Assembly: GCA_965247895.1 (NCBI GenBank)
Contig: OZ252046.1
Coordinates: 2,832,039 to 2,896,038, forward strand
Length of the DNA stretch: 64,000 nt
Reading direction: 5' to 3'
Source of the DNA: Dehalococcoidia bacterium
GTDB taxonomy: Bacteria; Chloroflexota; Dehalococcoidia; UBA2979
Positions 52,091 through 60,752 of the stretch are shown one piece after another; within the stretch, counting starts at the first letter, position 1; the number at the start of each line of letters is the position of its first letter. Both the position numbers and the translations under genes were made by a program. The notes below the pieces were generated by a model. The model was not told the origin of the DNA and made no database searches. It saw nothing but the letters and a program-made list of their open reading frames with translations.

Positions 52091-53596
52091 CTACCGGCCG
52101 CCGCGCTCGAACGCCGGCCTCGTGCGGAAGGCGAGCGCCAGCGCGACAACCGAGAAGGTGGCTGCGAGGGCGAAGGCCCAGCGCCAGCCGTCGATGAACG
52201 AGCGCGCCGCGCCTGGGCTGTCGGCGATCTCGCTGAGCGGGATGTCGAAGCCGCCCGCAGCCATCACCGCAGCGACGACGCCGGCTGCCATCGCCTGGCC
52301 CAGCACGTTGCCGGCGTTCCTCGTGAGGTTGGTCAGCGCGCCGACGACGCCCAGGCGCGAGGCGTGGACGGAACCCATGATCGCGCTGTTATTGGGCACG
52401 TTCCACGTTCCCATCCCCAGACCGGTCCCGAGCAGCAGCAGCGCCACGATGACGATCGGCGTAGCGCCGTCGAAGAACGCCATCGGCAGCGTCACGAGCA
52501 GCATGAGGGCGAAGCCCGCGATCGCGAACGGGCGCGTGCCGAAGCGGTCCGAGAGCCGCCCCGATCCCTGGGCGGCGACGCCCATGCCGAGCGAGGTGAG
52601 GAAGATCAGGCCTCCGGCCGCGGCCTCCTCCATCCCTCGCAGGCTGATCAGGTAGATCGGGATCAGGAAGCGCGAGACCGTCATCGACATGAAGCCGGAG
52701 AGGCGGGCGAGCACGGCCATGCTGAACACGGCGTTGTTGAACAGCCGCAGCTCCAGCATCGGCGCCTTGGTCCTCAGCTCCCTGCGCGCGAACGCCGCGA
52801 ACAGCAGCACGACCGCCGCGAGGGCGGCGAGCATCGGGGGTGACGTCCAGCCGAGGCGCAGCGGGTTGTTGATCGCCAGCACCAGGAACGCGATCGCCGT
52901 CGCGGAGAGCGCCGCGCCGGCGTAGTCGAACGGCGCGCGCTCGCTGTCCGGCTGGTTCATGCGCCGGTCGTCGAGGATCAGGTAGCCCCAGACGAGCGCG
53001 ATGCTCGTCGGGATCAGCACGATCACGAACAACGCCTCCCAGGGCAGCCACTGCAGCACCAGGCCGCCGACGATCGGGCCCGAGGCGCCGCCGATTGCGA
53101 CCGTCGTCGTTTGCGCGCCGATCGCCCGTCCGCGCTCGGCGGCGGGGAAGACCGAGACCACCATCGCCGTGCCGACCGACTGTCCCATCGAGTTGCCGGT
53201 GGCCATCAGCACGCGTGCCGCGATCAGCGCGCCGAACGTGGGCGCGAGCACGGTGGCGATCGCGCCGGCGCAGAACACCAGCAGCCCCAGCAGGTGGATG
53301 CGCTTGCGGCCGACGATGTCGGCGAGCCGCCCCATCGGCATCATCAGCGCGCTGATCGTCAGCGCCTGCGCGATCACCACCCAGGAGACCTCGCGCAGCG
53401 TCACGCCGAAGTCGTCGGCGATCGAGGAGAGAGCGACGAACACCATCGAGATGCTCATCACCTGCGTGAAGAAGGAGATCGCGATCGCGCTGAAGGCCCA
53501 CCACTTGTAGTTGTCGCCGCCGCCGGCGCCGGACGCGCCCGCCCGTGCCGATGCGATGCGGCGGCCGCCGGGAATCCTCAACGCCGGTTCCGTCAC
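52091..53596 (-). CDS. MFS transporter, DHA2-like (14 TM)
   Basis: GRLADIVGRKR, FPAAERGRAIG, GPIVGG, PNNSAIMGSV. Confidence 0.9.
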   Translation of the reverse strand: MTEPALRIPGGRRIASARAGASGAGGGDNYKWWAFSAIAISFFTQVMSISMVFVALSSIADDFGVTLREVSWVVIAQALTISALMMPMGRLADIVGRKRIHLLGLLVFCAGAIATVLAPTFGALIAARVLMATGNSMGQSVGTAMVVSVFPAAERGRAIGAQTTTVAIGGASGPIVGGLVLQWLPWEALFVIVLIPTSIALVWGYLILDDRRMNQPDSERAPFDYAGAALSATAIAFLVLAINNPLRLGWTSPPMLAALAAVVLLFAAFARRELRTKAPMLELRLFNNAVFSMAVLARLSGFMSMTVSRFLIPIYLISLRGMEEAAAGGLIFLTSLGMGVAAQGSGRLSDRFGTRPFAIAGFALMLLVTLPMAFFDGATPIVIVALLLLGTGLGMGTWNVPNNSAIMGSVHASRLGVVGALTNLTRNAGNVLGQAMAAGVVAAVMAAGGFDIPLSEIADSPGAARSFIDGWRWAFALAATFSVVALALAFRTRPAFERGGR

Positions 53597-53733
53597 TCTC
53601 GCGAGCCGCGTGATCGCGGGTGATCCCGCGCCGCTCGGCGGAGTCTATGCCCTCGCGAGCCGGGGGGCGCGCGCTACCGGCCGCGCGGAGGCGCTACGGT
53701 ATCGGCCAGCCGGCGGCCGGGCGGGGCGTCTGG

Positions 53734-53830
53734 TGGCGGGAGTGCGTGGGAGTCGAACCCACCCGGGACTACCACGTAGCCCCACAACGGTGTTGAAGAC
53801 CGCGGGCGCCACCGGACACCATCCACTCCC
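53734..53830 (-). tRNA. selC: tRNA-Sec (UCA)
   Basis: 97 nt; extended acceptor GGGAGTG/CACTCCC-GCCA, CGGT-CTTCAAC-ACCG anticodon arm with TCA, long variable arm, GTGGG-TTCGACT-CCCAC T-arm. Confidence 0.93.
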
Positions 53831-53887
53831 ACGCTGATTCTGCGAGTGCAGCGCAACTCTCCGCAAGGCGCGGGCGACAATTCATCG

Positions 53888-53916
53888 TTAACATGCGCCG
53901 CTCGATGCGCTATAGT
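53888..53916 (+). promoter_or_regulatory. Sigma70-like promoter of cupredoxin gene A
   Basis: TTAACA-17 nt-TATAGT. The CGAT(G/C)CGCTATAGT stretch recurs upstream of the paralog at 55957-55970. Confidence 0.6.
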
Positions 53917-53954
53917 CTTGTGTTATGGCCGAGGCGATACGTGAGGGGGACGCA

Positions 53955-54545
53955 ATGGCGTTCGTGCTTGAATCGATTCTGAACCGCCGATGGGCGTTCG
54001 CCTTACTTGCAGCGGTGGCTGCGCTCGCGCTGCTCTTGTCCGCCTGTGGCGACGACGACGAGGAGGAGGACGAGCACGCCGGGATGGCGATGGCGACCGG
54101 GACGGCCGAGATGGCCATGGCGACCGGCGAGCATGGCGAGCACGACGACACCGCGATGGGCGTCGTCCATCCGAAGCCCGCGGGAGCGACCGAAGTCCGC
54201 GTCACCCTCGCCGAGTGGACGCTCGAGCTGTCTGTCAGCAGCGTCGCGGCGGGCGATATCTACTTCCTCGTCGACAACCTGGGGCCGGAACACCCGCACG
54301 AGTTCGTCATCATCCGCTCGGACCTCGCGGCGGACGCTCTCCCGACCATTCATGACGGCTCCGTGCCCGAGGACGCCGTCGAGCTCGTCGGCGAGATCGA
54401 GGAGTTCGCGTCCGCGAGTTCGGCGTCCATGGTGTTCAACCTGACGGCGGGCAAGTACGTGCTGATCTGCAACGTCGTCGAGACCGAAGGGGACTTGGAG
54501 AGCCACTACCGCGAGGGCATGAGGGCCGTGTTCGTCGTCGAATAA
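53955..54545 (+). CDS. Cupredoxin (type-1 copper) lipoprotein A with His/Met-rich linker
   Basis: LSAC lipobox; EHAGMAMATGTAEMAMATGEHGEH; HEFVI...CNVVETEGDLESHYREGM (H, C, H, M ligands). Confidence 0.85.
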   Translation: MAFVLESILNRRWAFALLAAVAALALLLSACGDDDEEEDEHAGMAMATGTAEMAMATGEHGEHDDTAMGVVHPKPAGATEVRVTLAEWTLELSVSSVAAGDIYFLVDNLGPEHPHEFVIIRSDLAADALPTIHDGSVPEDAVELVGEIEEFASASSASMVFNLTAGKYVLICNVVETEGDLESHYREGMRAVFVVE

Positions 54546-54742
54546 CCGCCCGCCGCCGCCGCACAGCAGTCTCCTGCGCCTGCTGTGCGGCGCCGTGGCG
54601 CGTTCAGCGCCCGGCCGGCGTGCCGATGCCCTCCGAGGCGTCGTAGAAGAAGACGGCGTACTGGCCCGGACCGCTCAGTTCGTTGGCACCGCCGCCCGGC
54701 TGTGCGTGGGTGTGGAACCCACGCGGGACTACCACTTAGCCC
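54546..54742 (-). repeat. Degenerate duplicate of the terminator and MaoC-gene 3' end, fused to a degenerate tRNA-Sec fragment
   Basis: 54546-~54685 aligns to 57009-~57147; 54702-54742 aligns to 53742-53782. Confidence 0.88.
54557..54592. terminator. GC-rich hairpin after cupredoxin A
   Basis: CGCCGCACAGCAG / CTGCTGTGCGGCG 13-bp stem. Confidence 0.6.
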
Positions 54743-54860
54743 TCGCCTGCGATCTGATGAGGTTGACGCGGGGGATCCATCGGTATCCTACTCTCACGCC
54801 GTTGCGTGATTCGCCCCGCTGCCGCGAGGCAAGTTCGTCGCCCCGGCGGGCCGCGAAGGG

Positions 54861-55901
54861 ATGCGTGATGTGACCGTATCCGATCGTTCCCCGTTAGCCC
54901 CTGCTGCTGCTCGCCGGCGCTCCCAGCCAGGCTTGCGAGCGGCACTGATCGCCGCCCTCGTTGCGCTCCTCGCCACCCTCGCGGTCGCCTGCGGGTCGGG
55001 GGAAGACGCGGCGCCGCAGTCGCTCGACTTCTCCGCGCGCGCCGTCGGCGAGGCGTTCGATCCTGACGTGCAGCCCGTGGTGCTCAACTCGGCGCTGGCC
55101 GCCGGTCAGAATCGCCTCGCCTTTGGGTTCTTCCGCGCGGACGCCTCGCTGATCCTCGAGGCGAGCGGCAGCATGCGGCTGTACCGCCTCGACGCGTCCC
55201 GGCAGGGCGCACTCGTCAGCAGCCACGAGCTGCAACGCGCGGCGTTCAGCCAGAAGACCGACCACGAGCACTCCGACGGCTCCACGCACGTCCACGAGGA
55301 CGAGCTGGTCGCCGTCTTCCATGCCAACGTCGACTTCGATCGCACGGGCGACTGGGCCGTCGCGCTCGATGTCGAGATCGAGGGCGAGCGCCATCGCGGC
55401 CTGCTCGTGCAGCCGTTCAACGTCCTGGAGCGCACACTCGAACCGCAGGTCGGCGACCTGCTGCCCGAGAGCCCGCACCTGACGCTGCGCCACACCGACG
55501 ACATCACCCTCGTCAGCAGCATGGCGAGGCCGGTCCTCGAGATGAACGAGCTCACCGTCCCCGAGGCCGTCGCCACCGGGAAGCCCGTACTGGTGGCGAT
55601 CGCGACGCCCGCCTACTGCCAGAGCCGCTTCTGCGGTCCGCTCATGGAGGCGGTCGTCGTTCCGCTCTGGGAGGAGTTCGGCAGTGAAGTGCAATTTGTG
55701 CATGTCGAGCCCTTCATCCTCGAGGCCGTGCGCGCGACGGGCCGCCTCATCCCAATCCCGCTGCTCGAGGACTGGCAACTCCAGACCGAGCCGTGGGTAT
55801 TCATCGCCGCCCCGGGCGGCGTGGTCACCGCGAAGTTCGAGGGCGTCGCCTCGCTCGAGGAGGTGCGCGCCGCCCTCGTTGCGGCGATCGGCGCGCAGTA
55901 G
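54861..55901 (+). CDS. Lipoprotein with His-rich loop and C-terminal thioredoxin-like domain
   Basis: AVAC lipobox; DHEHSDGSTHVHED; ATPAYCQSRFCGP; FVHVEP; TEPWVF. Confidence 0.8.
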   Translation: MRDVTVSDRSPLAPAAARRRSQPGLRAALIAALVALLATLAVACGSGEDAAPQSLDFSARAVGEAFDPDVQPVVLNSALAAGQNRLAFGFFRADASLILEASGSMRLYRLDASRQGALVSSHELQRAAFSQKTDHEHSDGSTHVHEDELVAVFHANVDFDRTGDWAVALDVEIEGERHRGLLVQPFNVLERTLEPQVGDLLPESPHLTLRHTDDITLVSSMARPVLEMNELTVPEAVATGKPVLVAIATPAYCQSRFCGPLMEAVVVPLWEEFGSEVQFVHVEPFILEAVRATGRLIPIPLLEDWQLQTEPWVFIAAPGGVVTAKFEGVASLEEVRAALVAAIGAQ

Positions 55902-56009
55902 CCGGCGGCGCCCGGCTCGCGGGCGGTCCGCTTTCACGATGCGCACACGCGTATTACGATCCGCTATAGTGCGCGGTACCCACGGGCCGGAATCCGGGGA
56001 GGTGGGCCA

Positions 56010-57008
56010 ATGACGTTCCTGATTGAATCGATACTCAACCGCCGTTGGACATACGCCTTACTCGCGGCCGTGGCAGCGCTCGCGCTGCTGCTCTCCGCCT
56101 GTGGCGACGACGATGACGAGGAGGCCCCGGCGCCGGCGGCGACTGCCGCGCCGGCCGAAGAGGCGTCCGAGGCCGAGGACGCCGTGGCGGGCGTCGTCGA
56201 ACCGCAGCCCGCGGGGTCGACCGAGGTCCGCGTCTCCCTCTCCGAGTGGGCGGTCACGCCGTCCGTGAGCAGCGTTGCGGCGGGCGACATCTACTTCCTC
56301 GTCGACAACCTCGGACCGGTCGACCCGCACGAGTTCGTCATCATTCGCACGGATCTCCCGATCGATGGGCTTCCGACGGACGACACCGGCTTCGTGCCCG
56401 AGGACCAGATCGACCTGGTCGGTGAGATCGAACCGTTCACGCCAGCAAGTTCGGCGTCAGGGGTGTTCAACCTGACACCGGGCAGGTACCTGCTGATCTG
56501 CAACGTCGTCGAACTCGAAGAGGGCGAGTGGGAAAGCCACTACCTGGAAGGCATGAGAGTCGAGTTCATCGTCGAGGGGCCGGAGTCCGCGGCGTCCGAG
56601 GCGGAGGACGCCGTGGAGGGCGTCGTCGAACCGCAGCCCGCGGGGTCGACCGAGGTTCGCGTCTCCCTCTCCGAGTGGGCGGTCACGCCGTCCGTGAGCA
56701 GCGTTGCGGCGGGCGACATCTACTTCCTCGTCGACAACCTCGGACCGGTCGACCCGCACGAGTTCGTCATCATTCGCACGGATCTCCCGATCGATGGGCT
56801 TCCGACGGACGACACCGGCTTCGTGCCCGAGGACCAGATCGACCTGGTCGGTGAGATCGAACCGTTCACGCCAGCAAGTTCGGCGTCAGGGGTGTTCAAC
56901 CTGACACCGGGCAGGTACCTGCTGATCTGCAACGTCGTCGAACTCGAAGAGGGTGAGTGGGAGAGCCACTACCTGGAAGGCATGAGAGTCGAGTTCATCG
57001 TCGAATAG
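56010..57008 (+). CDS. Cupredoxin lipoprotein B with two near-identical copper domains
   Basis: Paralog of A; HEFVI...CNVVELEEGEWESHYLEGM occurs twice. Confidence 0.87.
   Translation: MTFLIESILNRRWTYALLAAVAALALLLSACGDDDDEEAPAPAATAAPAEEASEAEDAVAGVVEPQPAGSTEVRVSLSEWAVTPSVSSVAAGDIYFLVDNLGPVDPHEFVIIRTDLPIDGLPTDDTGFVPEDQIDLVGEIEPFTPASSASGVFNLTPGRYLLICNVVELEEGEWESHYLEGMRVEFIVEGPESAASEAEDAVEGVVEPQPAGSTEVRVSLSEWAVTPSVSSVAAGDIYFLVDNLGPVDPHEFVIIRTDLPIDGLPTDDTGFVPEDQIDLVGEIEPFTPASSASGVFNLTPGRYLLICNVVELEEGEWESHYLEGMRVEFIVE
56162..57004 (+). repeat. Intragenic tandem duplication, period 429 bp
   Basis: 56162-56575 vs 56591-57004; I counted about five substitutions. Confidence 0.95.
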
Positions 57009-57020
57009 CCGCCCGCCGGG

Positions 57021-57056
57021 CGCCGCACAGCAATCTCCTGCGCCTGCTGTGCGGCG
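57021..57056. terminator. Hairpin between the convergent cupredoxin B and MaoC genes
   Basis: CGCCGCACAGCA / TGCTGTGCGGCG stem. Confidence 0.6.
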
Positions 57057-57067
57057 GCGCGGCGCGT

Positions 57068-58183
57068 TCAGCGCCCCGCCGGCGTGCCGATGCCCTGCGA
57101 GGCGTCGTAGAAGAAGAAGGCGTACTGGCTCGCGCCGATCAGCTCGTCCTCGCCGTCCGGCGGGTGGCGGTAGAACGAGGTCAGCAGCGTCAGGAAGTGG
57201 CCCTCGCCGAGGCGCGTGCGCTTGCGCGAGGTGCAGTTCGCAACCTCGGAGCGCGTGTAGAGCCAGTCGCCGGGCCGCAGCGGTGCGCCGTAGTCCTGGC
57301 GCACGCGCTGGGCGGCGTAGCGCGTCGTCCCCGGCGGCCGCCAGTCGCCGGAGAGCAGCGTCGTGATCAGCCGGTTGCCGAGGCGCCGCCCGTCTTCCGT
57401 CTCGCGCGAGGGCGGCCACGGCTTCACGCTCGGCGCGTCCGGGTCGGCCAGCTCGAACGGCTCGCCGAAGTGGCTCGGGCGGCCCATCATCCAGGTGAAG
57501 AGCGAGGGGAAGGGCGCGATCATCCCGCCGTGGCGGCTCGCTCGCGCATACTCGCTGTCGTGGTAGAGCGGGTTGGCGTCCTCGGCCATGTCCGCCCAGT
57601 ACATGATCTGCGCATCGCTGACCGGGTAGCCGCCCCAGAGCGGGTCCGTCTGCTGGCCGATCCACGGCTTCGCGAAGTCCGGCAGCTCCGGGTCGAGCTC
57701 CACCGAGGGCTTCGTGAAGCCCTCGCGCACCCGCACGCCGCCCCCATCGCGCGAGGGCAGCGCGAGGTCCGCGCCCGCGCGTGCGACGTAGCCGTCCTGC
57801 GTGCGCGCCGCGAGCGCGAGTTCGACGCGAGGCTCGCCGTCTTCCTCGAAGCGGCGGGTCACCTCGCCCTCGACGGTGACGCTGTCGCCGGGGTGGATGA
57901 AGCCGGTCATGTGCAGCCAGGTGCTGCGGAAGTCGCTGTCGGGCCCGAGCCAGTCCGTGGCGAAGCGCGCGAACAGGCCCTGGTGCCACATCGTGTTCAT
58001 CCAGCTGTCGCGGTTGCCGCTGCTGCGCTGGGCGTAGTCCGTGTAGTGGTGCACCGGGTTGAAGTCGCGCATCCCGACCACCGCGAGGATGCCCGTGCGG
58101 AAGGTGATCGGCAGCTCAAGATCGGGCAGACGATCGCCCTCGTTCACGTCTTCCCACAGCCTCGATCCACCCGTCTCGGACAT
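57068..58183 (-). CDS. Double hot-dog (MaoC-like) dehydratase
   Basis: WEDVNEGDRLP, RDFNPVHH; second domain EDANPLYHDSEYA...GGMIAP. Confidence 0.82.
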   Translation of the reverse strand: MSETGGSRLWEDVNEGDRLPDLELPITFRTGILAVVGMRDFNPVHHYTDYAQRSSGNRDSWMNTMWHQGLFARFATDWLGPDSDFRSTWLHMTGFIHPGDSVTVEGEVTRRFEEDGEPRVELALAARTQDGYVARAGADLALPSRDGGGVRVREGFTKPSVELDPELPDFAKPWIGQQTDPLWGGYPVSDAQIMYWADMAEDANPLYHDSEYARASRHGGMIAPFPSLFTWMMGRPSHFGEPFELADPDAPSVKPWPPSRETEDGRRLGNRLITTLLSGDWRPPGTTRYAAQRVRQDYGAPLRPGDWLYTRSEVANCTSRKRTRLGEGHFLTLLTSFYRHPPDGEDELIGASQYAFFFYDASQGIGTPAGR

Positions 58184-58284
58184 CGGCGACGCTCCCTTCG
58201 GCACAGACCCGGCGTGACGCGCCGATGATAGCGCGCCCGCGAGTAGGGCCCCGCGCCGCTATGATCGCGACGGAGGGACGCCGC

Positions 58285-59454
58285 ATGGCCCTGCCGCCGC
58301 TGCACCCGGTCGTCGAGCGCGCGCGCGAGCTCGCGCCGCTCGTCCGCGCCGCCTCGGATGAGATCGAGGCGACGCGCCGCATCCCCGACGAGCTGGACGC
58401 CCAGCTCGAGGCGGCCGGGCTCTTCCAGCTCTACCTGCCGGAGGCCTACGGCGGCCTCCAGGCCGACCCGCGGTCCGCCGCGAGCGCCATCGAGGAGATC
58501 TCGAGCGCCGACGGCTCCACGGGCTGGGTCTGCATGATCGGCTCGGTGCTGAGCCGCCGCTTCGCCTGGATGGCCGCGGACGCCGTGCGGGCGATGCAGG
58601 CGGAGTCCGTGTCGCTGCGCGCCGCCGGCTCCAACCGCGCCCTCGGCCGCGCGCGGATCGAGGGCGACGGCTACCGCGTCAACGGGCGCTGGGACTTCCA
58701 GAGCGGCATCGAGCACTCCAGCTGGATGTTCGGCACCAGCGTGCTGATGGACGGCGAGGAGCCGCTGCGCGACGAGAACGGCGTGCCGCGCACCCGCGCT
58801 GTCGCCGTCCCCGTGAGCGGCGGCGAGATCATCGACACCTGGCACGTCGTCGGGCTGCGCGGCACGGGCAGCTTCGACTTCGAGCTCAGCGACCTTTACG
58901 TACCCGCCGAGCGGACGGTCTCGCGCCTCGATCCGCCGGTGGTCGAGAGCCCGCTCTACCGCGCGCGCTTCTTCGGCATCTGGAGCCACACCGTGCATGC
59001 CGGCTGCACGCTCGGCATCGCGCGCGGCGCAATCGACGAGCTGCGCGACCTCGCCTCGGGGCGGCGGTCCACTGGCTCCAGCACGCTGCTGCGCGACCGC
59101 GAGCGCGTGCAGCGGATGGTCGGCGAGGCCGAGGCGATCGTGCGCTCGGCGCGCGCCTACCTGTTCGATGCGGTCGCGGAGGCCTGGGAGGCCTCTTCGG
59201 AGCAGGTCCCGGACCCGTCGCGCGAGGTCGCGAACGTCCGCCTGGCGATCACGCACGCGGGCCACGAGGCGGCGCGCGCCGTCGATCTCGCCTTCCAGGC
59301 GGCGGGGACGAACGCCGCCCACACCGCCAACCGCCTCGAGCGCTACTTCCGCGACGTGCACGTGGCGGTGCAGCACGCCGCGACGGCGCCCCACAACTAC
59401 GAGGGCGCGGGCCGCGTCTTCCTCGGGCTGCCGGCGGGCATCCCCGGCTGGTAG
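58285..59454 (+). CDS. Acyl-CoA dehydrogenase-fold flavin-dependent hydroxylase (HsaA-like)
   Basis: PEAYGG, DGSTGW, GRWDFQSG, DTWHVVGLRGTGS, LERYFRDVH. Confidence 0.88.
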   Translation: MALPPLHPVVERARELAPLVRAASDEIEATRRIPDELDAQLEAAGLFQLYLPEAYGGLQADPRSAASAIEEISSADGSTGWVCMIGSVLSRRFAWMAADAVRAMQAESVSLRAAGSNRALGRARIEGDGYRVNGRWDFQSGIEHSSWMFGTSVLMDGEEPLRDENGVPRTRAVAVPVSGGEIIDTWHVVGLRGTGSFDFELSDLYVPAERTVSRLDPPVVESPLYRARFFGIWSHTVHAGCTLGIARGAIDELRDLASGRRSTGSSTLLRDRERVQRMVGEAEAIVRSARAYLFDAVAEAWEASSEQVPDPSREVANVRLAITHAGHEAARAVDLAFQAAGTNAAHTANRLERYFRDVHVAVQHAATAPHNYEGAGRVFLGLPAGIPGW

Positions 59455-59463
59455 TGCGGCGGA

Positions 59464-60342
59464 TCAGGTCTTCGTGTTGGTGAGGTGCCGCCCCACGTGG
59501 CCGATCAGCCAGCGGGATTCCCCCGGGTGCCACATGAGGTGGATTCGCAGATGGAGCCGTGGGTCCGGGCCGACGCCGAACTTGACGTGCTCCTCCATCG
59601 TGATCTTCGCGCCGCCGTAGCGGAAGGTGCGCTCGTCGCCGTACATGCCCATCGTGGTCTGGCTCTCGTGCGCGGCGTAGGCGAAGCCGCGTTCGCCGAG
59701 CCAGTCCTTGACGCTCTTGCCCAGAGGTCCCGTCATGCGCACCTCGGCGAGATCGGCCAGCGCCTCGAACGCCGTGTAGACCTTCCCGGGATCGCGGTAG
59801 GTGGACGCGGCGGCTGAGTCGCGGGCCTCCTGCAGGAAGCGGAGCGAGGGGAAGCGCTGCCCGGCGAGTTCGACCGCCTGCGTCACCGATGCGATCCCGA
59901 CCGCGTGGATCGCGTCCCCGGGCATGCCGGGCGGGTGGCCATGGAGTTGCTCGGCGAGGGCCTTGATCTGCTGCTCGTGCACCTTGTCGAGATCGGTCAC
60001 GCGCGCTTCCAGATCCGAGGCCTGTGATCGCCAGTAGTCGCGTTCGCGCCGGGCGTCCGCGCGTTCGCGCTCCGCGTCCGAGACGTGCTGGTCGGCTTCC
60101 CTGAGGCTCAGCTCGGCGTCGGCGCGCGCGGCTTCCGCGCTTGCGGCGAGATCGCGGCCCTGCGCGTCCACCAACTCGGCGAGGCGTTCGATCAGCAGTT
60201 GGCGCTCTGCGCCGGGCGGAGGCCGTTCGGCCTCGCGGTCGCGCAGTTGCGCCGCGGCTTCGCGCCGCGTGCGCTCGCGCAGCCACAGCGCGAGCGCGCC
60301 GAGCGCGGCGACGGCCAGCAGGACGCTGCGAAGCTTGCTCAC
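59464..60342 (-). CDS. Hypothetical protein: N-terminal TM anchor, coiled coil, C-terminal putative RelE/ParE-like domain
   Basis: GGTGGAGG RBS + GTG 60342; LLAVAALGALALWL; heptad region; MEEHVKFG...LRIHLMW...IGHVGRHLTNT. Confidence 0.7.
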   Translation of the reverse strand: MSKLRSVLLAVAALGALALWLRERTRREAAAQLRDREAERPPPGAERQLLIERLAELVDAQGRDLAASAEAARADAELSLREADQHVSDAERERADARRERDYWRSQASDLEARVTDLDKVHEQQIKALAEQLHGHPPGMPGDAIHAVGIASVTQAVELAGQRFPSLRFLQEARDSAAASTYRDPGKVYTAFEALADLAEVRMTGPLGKSVKDWLGERGFAYAAHESQTTMGMYGDERTFRYGGAKITMEEHVKFGVGPDPRLHLRIHLMWHPGESRWLIGHVGRHLTNTKT

Positions 60343-60752
60343 GGCGCCTCCACCTGACCGAACTGTCGCTGCGACGCCCTGAATGGTACGGCCCTCGCAG
60401 CATACCGGGCCATCCACCCGGACACCCGGACGCGCTCCTCGGTGGGAGCGCGTTCGCCTGTGGGCGCCGTGGGAGTCGGAGGCGGTTATCCGCCTCCGTC
60501 GATCGGGACCGGGACCGCGGCCGGGACGGCGCCGGCGCGCTGCGCCAGCGCCTCGTTCATGCGCCGCCGCTCCTCCGCCTCGGTCTCCGGGGCGAAGCGG
60601 ACGAGCAAGACGAGCCCGGACACCGCCATCACGGCCACGCCCATGAAGAAGAACGCGTCCTGCGTCGCGAGGCTCTCGACGCGGAAGAGGAAGCCCGCCG
60701 CCACAGCGCCCGCGTTTCCGCCGGCGCCGACGATACCGGCGACCGAGCCTAG

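Noticed and set aside
53734-54742. Integrative element at tRNA-Sec, with the partial tRNA copy as an att site
   Set aside because: The fragment lies upstream of the intact tRNA, lacks the CCA end, abuts a duplicated maoC tail, and no integrase is present; tandem duplication explains it better.
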